Of a DNA stretch of 64,000 nt, positions 56,171-64,000 are shown in pieces. Below the pieces are notes generated by a model that saw only the letters and a list, made by a program, of their open reading frames with translations, made no database searches and had not been told where the DNA came from. The DNA lies in NCBI GenBank assembly GCA_937876455.1, contig CALFIG010000254.1:351-64350 (forward strand). Reading direction: 5' to 3'. The position numbers and the translations under genes were made by a program. The stretch comes from an uncultured Flavobacterium sp. (GTDB lineage: Bacteria > Bacteroidota > Bacteroidia > Flavobacteriales > Flavobacteriaceae). Position 1 is the stretch's first letter. Each line of letters starts with the position of its first letter.

Positions 56171-59100
56171 TTGAAAGAAAGAATTTCATATAGATTAAAA
56201 TTAGTAAGTTTAATTGCTTTATTGTTTAGTGGCTTTGTTGTTTCTGCGCAAAATATTCCCACTACTCCTAAAGATACCATTAAAACAGGTTCGTCTGTAG
56301 GGCAACTTAGTTTGCCTAATCCTAAGAGTATTTTAGAAGGATATACCTATGATCCTGTATCAGACAGATATATTTATACTCAATCTGTGGATGGATTTTC
56401 AATAAATTACCCTTTAATTTTAACTCCAGCTGAATACGAGAAATTAGCTTTAAAAGAATCGGTTAGAAAATATTTCCAACAAAAAACATCTGCATTAGAT
56501 GGTAAAAAAGAAGGAACAGCCGAAGCTAAGCGAAATTTATTGCCTAAATATTATGTGAATTCTAAATTTTTCGAAGCCATTTTTGGTGGCAATTCTATAG
56601 ATATTAAACCCACAGGTACCGTTGAGGTAGACTTAGGTGTGCGTTATACCAAACAAGATAATCCTTCTTTTTCACCTCGAAATAGAAGAAACATAGCTTT
56701 TGATTTTAATCAACGCATTTCCATGGGATTACAAGGAAAAGTAGGAACACGAATGAATGTTAATATTAATTATGATACGCAGTCTACTTTTGCTTTCCAA
56801 AATTTGTTAAAATTAGATTATGCTCCTACCGAAGATGATATTTTACAAAAAATAGAAGTTGGAAATGTAAGTTTTCCATTGTCAAATTCATTAATACGAG
56901 GTGCGCAAAGTTTATTTGGTGTAAAAGCACAATTTAAGTTTGGTAAAACTACGGTAACAGGAGTCTTCTCAGAACAGAAATCACAAACAAAATCTATAAC
57001 TTCACAAGGTGGAGGAACGATTCAAGAATTTGATTTTTTTGCATTAGATTATGATGCAGATAAACACTACTTCTTGTCACAATATTTTAGAAATAATTAT
57101 GATAAAGCATTAAGAAATTATCCAATTATTGATTCTCGTGTACAAATTACACGTTTAGAAGTTTGGATAACAAATAGACAAAATCGTGTTTCACAAACAG
57201 ACAACAATTTAAGAAACATAATTGCCTTACAAGATTTAGGTGAAGCCCAACTCATAGGGATGCCAGATAGTGAAGTTATTGGTGTAGATTTAGGTGCATT
57301 TCCAACATTTGTAAACGTTCCTCCAAATTCATATGCAGACAATAAAAACAATAAGTTTGATCCCGGTCAAATAGGTTCCAACTTTTTAAATGCAAATATT
57401 AGAGAAATTGCGACAGCAAGTACCGGATTTACTATTTCGGGCATGAATGAAGGACAAGACTACTCTAAACTAGAAAACGCTCGAAAATTAGCGACTACCG
57501 AATATACATTTCATCCACAATTAGGATATTTATCTTTAAATCAAAGATTACAAAATGATGAGGTATTGGCGGTAGCCTATCAATATACCGTTGGAGGTGA
57601 AGTATATCAAGTGGGTGAATTTGCAAATGATGGCGTAGAATCTACACAAGTAGATCCTGCAGGAGTACCTACTACCCAAGCTTTGATTTTAAAAATGTTA
57701 AAAGGGAATCTAGTAGCTGTAAATGAACCAGTTTGGGATTTGATGATGAAAAATATTTATCAAATACCAGGCGGAAATCAATTACAACAACAAGATTTTA
57801 AATTTAATATTCTCTATCAAGATCCATCACCGCTTAATTACATTTCGCAATCAGGAATAGATCCATTACCTGCAGATGTAGAAAATACGCCATTATTACG
57901 TGTGCTCAATGTTGATAGATTAAATTATACGAATGATCCACAACCACATGGCGATGGTTTTTTTGACTTTTATCAAGGAATAACAGTAGACGCACAACAT
58001 GGTAGAATTATTTTCACAACAGTTGAGCCATTTGGTAAACATTTGTTTAACAAATTAGATTTAACCACTTTAGCAGAGGATTATGACAACCCTTTGACCT
58101 ATAATTCTAACCAAGAAAAGTATGTTTTTAGAACACTATATAAATCTACTCAAGCAGCGGCATTACAAGAAAGTGCAAAAAATAAATTTAAATTTAAAGG
58201 GAGTTTTAAATCAACTGGTGGAGACGGAATACCTTTGGGCGCATTTAATGTACCACAAGGTAGTGTTGTGGTAACAGCAGGCGGAAGAACTTTAGTAGAA
58301 GGTGTTGATTATACCGTAAATTATCAGGCGGGAAGAGTCAATATTTTAGATCCCGCATTATTAGCTTCTAATACTCCTATACAAGTGTCGTTAGAAAATA
58401 ATTCTGTTTTTGGTCAGCAAACAAAAAGATTTTATGGAATTAATGTAGAGCATAAATTTAATGATAAATTCTTACTAGCAGGGACATTCTTGAAAATGAG
58501 TGAAAGACCATTTACACAAAAAGCGGATTATAATCAAGAATCAGTTAATAATACTATTATTGGATTTAATACAAACTTTTTTACAGAATTACCTTTCTTA
58601 ACACGTTTGGCCAATAAGTTGCCAAACGTAGAAACGGAAGTGCCTTCAAATTTATCCTTTAGAGGCGAATTTGCTTATTTATTTCCAAATGCACCTAAAG
58701 CAGCTAGTTTTAATGGCGAACCCACTACTTATATTGATGATTTTGAAGGTTCACAATCAAATATTGATTTAAAATCGCCTTTGTCATGGACTTTAGCAAG
58801 TGTCCCAGTAGGTTTTGGAGGAGAATTTCCAGAAGGAATGCTAGATTATGGGTATAAAAGAGCTAAATTATCTTGGTATGCAATTGACCCTGTATTTTAT
58901 ACACAAGCTCCAGCAGGTATAGATAATAATGATTTGTCTTCCAATAAAACGCGACGCATTTTTAGCCAAGAACTTTTTCCAAATGTTAATATAGCTCAAG
59001 GACAAACAAATGTTATCAGCACATTAGATTTAACCTATTACCCAAGAGAAAGAGGGCCTTACAATTACAATCCAACTGTTGCACCAAATGGTCAGTTTTC

Positions 59101-62100
59101 ACCTACTGCTGCCCCAACTAATTGGGGAGGAATCATGCGCGCTATAAATACGACAAATTTTGAACAAGCAAATGTAGAGTATGTGCAATTTTGGATGTTA
59201 GACCCTTATGTAGGTAATCCAGGAGATACAGAAACACCAACTAACACAGGAACACTAACCTTGAATTTAGGTGAAATAAGTGAAGATGTATTAAAAGACG
59301 GAAGAAAATTATACGAAAACGGATTGCCAGAAAGCGGAGGCATTCAACCAACAATTGCATCAAACTGGGGAAAAGTTCCAGCGTCTCAATCATTGATTTA
59401 TGCCTTTGATACTAATGAAGCAAACAGACAAGTACAAGACGTGGGCCTTAATGGTTTAAATGATGGAGAAGAACGTATAAAATATCCTGATTTTGCAGGT
59501 AATCCAGACCCTTCTGCAGATAATTATGAGTATTATTTAAACACAACTGGAGATGTATTGCAACGCTATAAAAACTATAATGGTGTAGAAAATAATTCCC
59601 CTACAAATGTTACAGATACAAATAGAGGAAATACAACATTGCCAGACGTTGAAGACATTAATAGGGACAATACAATGAACACTATTAATGCCTATTATAA
59701 GTTTAACGTACCTATTGCGCCAAATCCACAAATTGGTCAAAATTATGTAGCAGATATTAGGGAAACGACGCAAACAATGGCGAATGGTCAAACTACAACG
59801 GCCAGATGGATACAATATAAAATCCCAATTTTAGAAGCAACGGCAGCAAATATTGAAGGACCTATAACTGATTTTAGAACCATTCGTTTTATGAGAATGT
59901 TTTTAACTGGGTTTAACGAAGATATTACGCTTCGTTTTGGGACACTTGATTTAGTAAGAGGTGAATGGCGAAGATACACAAACACTATGGATGTCACAGA
60001 CCCTACAATCGTAGATGACAATACAGGCTTTGACGTAGTGGCAGTTAATATTCAAGAAAACGGAAACAGAGCACCAATAAATTATGTAACACCACCTGGA
60101 GTGGTTAGAGAACAATTATATAATAACAATACGGTTATTAATCAAAATGAGCAATCATTATCATTAAGAGTATATAAAAAAGATCCCAATTCACCCGATT
60201 TAGGAGGGTTAGAAAAAGGAGATGCGCGTTCTGTATTTAAAAATGTAAGTGTAGATATGCGTCAGTATAAAAAATTAAGAATGTTTTTGCATGCTGAGGC
60301 TTTGCAACCACCCACAGAGACACAACCGTTACAAGATGACCAAATGGTTGCCTTTATTCGTTTAGGAAATGATTTCACAGATAATTTTTACCAAATAGAG
60401 ATGCCATTAAAGCTCAGTCCTTTTGGAGATAATTCACCAAATGCTGTTTGGCCAGCCGAAAATGAAATTGAAGTACCTCTTTCATTATTAACCCAATTAA
60501 AAAGTTTGAAACTAGCAGGAGATCCGTCCATTGTACCTGATGTAAATGGCATTGGATTTTTAAATGAAAGCGTACTAGGATCTGCTAATGATAGAATGAA
60601 TATAGGTATAAAAGGAAATCCAAATTTCGGCTTAGTACGTACATTAATGGTTGGAGTAAAAAATCCAAATTCAAATGACCCAATTCGTGGTGAAGTTTGG
60701 TTTAATGAACTTCGTATGTCTGATATGGATAACAAAGGTGGATATGCAGCGGTAGCAAATTTAGATTCAAATATTGCCGATTTAGCTACTGTTTCTGCAA
60801 CAGGTAAAATGAGTACCATTGGATTTGGTTCAATTGAACAAGGTCCAAATGAAAGAAGTAGAGAAAATTTGAAACAATATGATTTGGTGACTAATTTAAA
60901 TATTGGAAAATTATTACCTAAAAAATGGAAAATAACCTTGCCTTTTAACTATGCGGTCGGAGAGCAATTTATTACCCCAAAATATGATCCATTGTATCAA
61001 GATATTGAACTAAACCAAATTTTAGCTGCGGCACCTACAGAAGCTAGAAGAAGTGAAATTACAAATAGAGCAATCGATTACACAAAACGCTCAAGCATTA
61101 ATTTTATAGGTGTAAAGAAAGAAAAAGGAGAAGGAAAAAAACAACATTTTTACGATATAGAAAACCTTACTTTTTCGTATTCATTTAATGAAATGAAACA
61201 CCATGATTTTCAAATTGAGAGTCTTGTAGACCAACAACAAAAAACAGCTGTTGATTATGCTTATGCATTTAAACCACTTGCTTTTGAACCGTTTAAGAAA
61301 AGTAAATTCTTCAAAAAAAGTGGGTATTATAAAATGCTTGCAGATTTGAATTTTAACTTATTACCAAGCACACTTTCTTTTAGTTCAAATATTATTAGAC
61401 AGTTTAATAGACAACAATTTAGACTAGTTGATGTTCAGGGAATTGGCTTAGATCCGTTGTATAGAAGAAACTATTTCTTTAATTACCAATATGGGTTTAA
61501 TTTTCCAATCACAAAAGCATTAAAAGTAAATTATACCGCTGCTAATTCAAATATCGTTCGAAATTATTTTGACGCTACGAATACACCTATTGATAATTTA
61601 GATATTTGGCATGACTACTGGAATATTGGAACACCAAATACACATAATCAGCAAATTACGGTAAATTATGATTTGCCTATAAATAAAATTCCAGCTTTGT
61701 CATTTGTTAAGTCTTCCTATATTTATACCGGAGATTTTAGTTGGCAACGTTCTTCTGATGCTTTTGCAACATTTCAAACGGTAGACGGAACGGTTTATCA
61801 ATTAGGAAATACGATACAAAACGCAGGTTCACATAAATTAAATGCTACGTTAAATATGGATGCATTTTATAAATATATTGGACTCACAGCGAAGAAGCAA
61901 CAGAAAGCCACCCCTCCTAAAAAAACACCACCAAAACCAGGTGAAAAATTAGCACCTGCACCTGCCAAATTAGCTCCGTCAGATGATAGAAATGTATTTT
62001 CTAAGTTTGTTATAGGACTAGTAACAAGTGTAAAAAACATTCAAGCTAATTATACTGAAAATGGTGGAACAATGTTGCCAGGTTATTTGCCAGGACTTGG

Positions 62101-63328
62101 ATTTTTCGGCACATCTAAACCTACATTAGGCTTTGTTTTTGGAGACCAAGCAGATGTTAGGTATGAAGCAGCTAAATATGGCTATTTGACAAATTATCCT
62201 GAGTTTAATCAAAATTATACCCAAGTTAAAACCAAAAAATTAGATTACACGGCACAACTGGAACCGCTTACCGATTTAAAAATTGATATTAATGCAGAGC
62301 GTAATTATTCTACTAATTATTCTGAACAATTTGATGTGGTAAATGGAGTATATAATTCCCGCTCGCCATATAGCACGGGTAATTTTAATATTTCCACTAT
62401 ATTAATTAAAACTGCTTTTAGTTCAAGTGATGCAAATCAATCACAAGTTTTTGATCAATTCAGAGAAAATAGATTTGCTATTGCAACAAGATTAGCGGAA
62501 CAGCACTATGGCTCTACTTCATATCCTGTGGATACAGAAGGATATCCTGTAGGTTTTGGTAAAAACAGTCAAAGAGTATTGTTGCCAGCTTTTGTTGCCG
62601 CATATTCTGGTATGAATACATCTAAAGTTAGTACAGGCTTATTTTATAATTTTCCCTTACCAAACTGGACTTTAAAATATACTGGATTGATGAAGTTGGA
62701 ATGGTTTAAAGATAAATTCAAGCGATTTTCTATTCAACATGGATACCGCTCGAGTTATAGCGTAAATGCATTTAGAACAAATTTAAATCCAAACCCTATT
62801 GATAGTAACGGAAACTTTTATCCTGAAATACTTACTTCAAATGTAAATTTGACCGAACAATTCAATCCTTTAATGCGAATTGATTTTGAATTAAAAAGTT
62901 CCTTAAAAATTTTAGCAGAAGTTAAAAAAGATAGAACCTTAAATATGAGTTTTGATAATAATTTGCTTACCGAAGTGCAAGGTAACGATTATACAGTAGG
63001 TATAGGTTATCGTATAAAAGACGTGAGCATCAATTCAAAACTAGCAGATAATGCTTCGGGTCTAATAAAGAGCGATATTAATATTAAAGCAGATTTTACA
63101 TTAAGAAAAAATATGACTATTGTACGTTATTTAGACTATAACAATAATCAATTAGGCGGAGGTCAAAATATTTGGACATTTAAATTGACTGCAGATTATT
63201 CGTTCAGCAGAAATTTAACTGCAATTTTCTTTTATGACCATCAGTTTTCTAAAGCAGTTATTTCCACAGCCTTTCCAATTACAAATGTACGTTCTGGATT
63301 AACCATTAGATATAATTTCGGAAATTAA
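56171..63328 (+). CDS. sprA: Type IX secretion system translocon SprA (Sov)
   Basis: 2385-aa outer-membrane protein with SprA motifs (FQNLLKLDY.P.EDDILQKIEVGNV, YIDDFEGSQ, GEVWFNELR), a C-terminal Y.FGN, and ruvA-sprA-gcvH synteny. Confidence 0.97.
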   Translation: MKERISYRLKLVSLIALLFSGFVVSAQNIPTTPKDTIKTGSSVGQLSLPNPKSILEGYTYDPVSDRYIYTQSVDGFSINYPLILTPAEYEKLALKESVRKYFQQKTSALDGKKEGTAEAKRNLLPKYYVNSKFFEAIFGGNSIDIKPTGTVEVDLGVRYTKQDNPSFSPRNRRNIAFDFNQRISMGLQGKVGTRMNVNINYDTQSTFAFQNLLKLDYAPTEDDILQKIEVGNVSFPLSNSLIRGAQSLFGVKAQFKFGKTTVTGVFSEQKSQTKSITSQGGGTIQEFDFFALDYDADKHYFLSQYFRNNYDKALRNYPIIDSRVQITRLEVWITNRQNRVSQTDNNLRNIIALQDLGEAQLIGMPDSEVIGVDLGAFPTFVNVPPNSYADNKNNKFDPGQIGSNFLNANIREIATASTGFTISGMNEGQDYSKLENARKLATTEYTFHPQLGYLSLNQRLQNDEVLAVAYQYTVGGEVYQVGEFANDGVESTQVDPAGVPTTQALILKMLKGNLVAVNEPVWDLMMKNIYQIPGGNQLQQQDFKFNILYQDPSPLNYISQSGIDPLPADVENTPLLRVLNVDRLNYTNDPQPHGDGFFDFYQGITVDAQHGRIIFTTVEPFGKHLFNKLDLTTLAEDYDNPLTYNSNQEKYVFRTLYKSTQAAALQESAKNKFKFKGSFKSTGGDGIPLGAFNVPQGSVVVTAGGRTLVEGVDYTVNYQAGRVNILDPALLASNTPIQVSLENNSVFGQQTKRFYGINVEHKFNDKFLLAGTFLKMSERPFTQKADYNQESVNNTIIGFNTNFFTELPFLTRLANKLPNVETEVPSNLSFRGEFAYLFPNAPKAASFNGEPTTYIDDFEGSQSNIDLKSPLSWTLASVPVGFGGEFPEGMLDYGYKRAKLSWYAIDPVFYTQAPAGIDNNDLSSNKTRRIFSQELFPNVNIAQGQTNVISTLDLTYYPRERGPYNYNPTVAPNGQFSPTAAPTNWGGIMRAINTTNFEQANVEYVQFWMLDPYVGNPGDTETPTNTGTLTLNLGEISEDVLKDGRKLYENGLPESGGIQPTIASNWGKVPASQSLIYAFDTNEANRQVQDVGLNGLNDGEERIKYPDFAGNPDPSADNYEYYLNTTGDVLQRYKNYNGVENNSPTNVTDTNRGNTTLPDVEDINRDNTMNTINAYYKFNVPIAPNPQIGQNYVADIRETTQTMANGQTTTARWIQYKIPILEATAANIEGPITDFRTIRFMRMFLTGFNEDITLRFGTLDLVRGEWRRYTNTMDVTDPTIVDDNTGFDVVAVNIQENGNRAPINYVTPPGVVREQLYNNNTVINQNEQSLSLRVYKKDPNSPDLGGLEKGDARSVFKNVSVDMRQYKKLRMFLHAEALQPPTETQPLQDDQMVAFIRLGNDFTDNFYQIEMPLKLSPFGDNSPNAVWPAENEIEVPLSLLTQLKSLKLAGDPSIVPDVNGIGFLNESVLGSANDRMNIGIKGNPNFGLVRTLMVGVKNPNSNDPIRGEVWFNELRMSDMDNKGGYAAVANLDSNIADLATVSATGKMSTIGFGSIEQGPNERSRENLKQYDLVTNLNIGKLLPKKWKITLPFNYAVGEQFITPKYDPLYQDIELNQILAAAPTEARRSEITNRAIDYTKRSSINFIGVKKEKGEGKKQHFYDIENLTFSYSFNEMKHHDFQIESLVDQQQKTAVDYAYAFKPLAFEPFKKSKFFKKSGYYKMLADLNFNLLPSTLSFSSNIIRQFNRQQFRLVDVQGIGLDPLYRRNYFFNYQYGFNFPITKALKVNYTAANSNIVRNYFDATNTPIDNLDIWHDYWNIGTPNTHNQQITVNYDLPINKIPALSFVKSSYIYTGDFSWQRSSDAFATFQTVDGTVYQLGNTIQNAGSHKLNATLNMDAFYKYIGLTAKKQQKATPPKKTPPKPGEKLAPAPAKLAPSDDRNVFSKFVIGLVTSVKNIQANYTENGGTMLPGYLPGLGFFGTSKPTLGFVFGDQADVRYEAAKYGYLTNYPEFNQNYTQVKTKKLDYTAQLEPLTDLKIDINAERNYSTNYSEQFDVVNGVYNSRSPYSTGNFNISTILIKTAFSSSDANQSQVFDQFRENRFAIATRLAEQHYGSTSYPVDTEGYPVGFGKNSQRVLLPAFVAAYSGMNTSKVSTGLFYNFPLPNWTLKYTGLMKLEWFKDKFKRFSIQHGYRSSYSVNAFRTNLNPNPIDSNGNFYPEILTSNVNLTEQFNPLMRIDFELKSSLKILAEVKKDRTLNMSFDNNLLTEVQGNDYTVGIGYRIKDVSINSKLADNASGLIKSDINIKADFTLRKNMTIVRYLDYNNNQLGGGQNIWTFKLTADYSFSRNLTAIFFYDHQFSKAVISTAFPITNVRSGLTIRYNFGN

Positions 63329-63351
63329 AAAAGTAAGAAAAAAGCTATATA

Positions 63352-63383
63352 TTTGTATATCACAAACATTATTGATAAATTTG
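63352..63383 (+). promoter_or_regulatory. Promoter of gcvH
   Basis: TTTG at 63352-63355, 20-bp spacer, TAAATTTG at 63376-63383. Confidence 0.65.
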
Positions 63384-63430
63384 CATAGTATTTACTATTA
63401 ATGATTTCAATAAATAATATTTTCAACACT

Positions 63431-63811
63431 ATGAACATACCTGCAAATTTAAAGTACACAAAAGATCATGAATGGGTTTCTTTGGAAGGAAATGTTGCAA
63501 CAGTAGGAATTACTGATTTTGCACAGAGAGAATTAGGTGATATTGTATATGTAGAAGTAGAAACGTTAGATCAAACATTAGAAAAAGACGAAGTTTTTGG
63601 TACTGTAGAAGCAGTTAAAACCGTATCTGATTTGTTTTTACCATTATCTGGTGAAATCATTGAGTTTAATGAAGACTTAGAATCTAATCCTGAAACTGTA
63701 AATTCTGATCCTTATGGAGCAGGTTGGATGGTTAAAGTTAAAGTTTCTAACTCGGCAGAATGGGATTTATTATTGTCAAGTGAGGACTATAAAACACTTA
63801 TCGGCGCGTAA
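63431..63811 (+). CDS. gcvH: Glycine cleavage system H protein
   Basis: [26 protein letters not shown], lipoyl-Lys in [15 protein letters not shown]. Start at the ATG at 63431. Confidence 0.97.
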   Translation: MNIPANLKYTKDHEWVSLEGNVATVGITDFAQRELGDIVYVEVETLDQTLEKDEVFGTVEAVKTVSDLFLPLSGEIIEFNEDLESNPETVNSDPYGAGWMVKVKVSNSAEWDLLLSSEDYKTLIGA

Positions 63812-63977
63812 TTTTTATTTAGTAGTTGCTATTGGTTGGACAGCTTTAATTTTTTATTTATGTCTAACAGAATCTTCCAATTTACCAAAAATTAAAATTC
63901 CTTTTAAGGATAAAATTTTTGATTTTTGCATTGACAAAGGAACTTTTGATGGAATTTTATGTTCAAAAGATTCTTAG
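63801..63977 (+). pseudogene. VanZ-family gene fragment, truncated or chimeric
   Basis: [38 protein letters not shown] resembles the VanZ-like protein that usually follows gcvH in Flavobacterium. The DKxxH motif is lost, there is no standard start codon, and the frame stops at 63977. Confidence 0.5.
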
Positions 63978-64000
63978 GATAAAATTTCATAAATTTCTTA

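Noticed and set aside
757-60819. Numerous 60-143 aa ORFs overlapping long genes (e.g. 757-942, 3547-3972, 9841-10131, 12509-12922, 14825-15118, 15995-16399, 33074-33409, 53409-53771, 60388-60819)
   Set aside because: They are antisense or alternate-frame shadows of well-conserved genes, with no motifs and no independent promoters.
56171-63328. Very large (2385 aa) outer-membrane protein as a candidate novel system
   Set aside because: It is SprA, the known T9SS translocon, at its normal size and in its normal synteny.
1-64000. Transposases, integrases, prophage genes, toxin-antitoxin or restriction systems, rRNA, classical riboswitches
   Set aside because: No ORF or motif supporting any of these was recognised.

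Overview
AT-rich bacterial DNA from a Bacteroidota genome, almost certainly Flavobacteriaceae and probably Flavobacterium. The evidence is TAnnTTTG -7 promoters, sprA, an alternative complex III operon and the rimP-nusA-infB and maeB-ruvA-sprA-gcvH gene orders. Core genes: polA, tRNA-Gln(UUG), rimP-nusA-infB, actABCDEF plus aa3-type oxidase subunits II and I, mgtE, rsmA, ruvB, queG, maeB, ruvA, sprA and gcvH. Three accessory segments interrupt them. (1) A 10-kb aromatic-catabolism operon (15.3-25.2 kb) whose enzyme set best fits an undescribed CoA-dependent anthranilate -> 5-hydroxyanthranilate -> maleamate -> fumarate route. It is studded with REP-like repeats, one family of which lies in frame inside the hydroxylase gene, and it carries two small cargo ORFs bracketed by inverted repeats. 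(2) A repeat-flanked pair of small orphan ORFs at 42.5-43.4 kb. (3) A LacI-controlled, SusD-less probable sucrose locus with a TonB receptor, exported CxxC redoxin, MFS transporter, GH100-like invertase and PfkB kinase (45.5-53.2 kb). A probable Flavo-1 RNA lies at 39.8 kb, and the last ~80 bp look chimeric. I saw no transposase, integrase, CRISPR array or rRNA. All family assignments come from motif recognition, not database searches.
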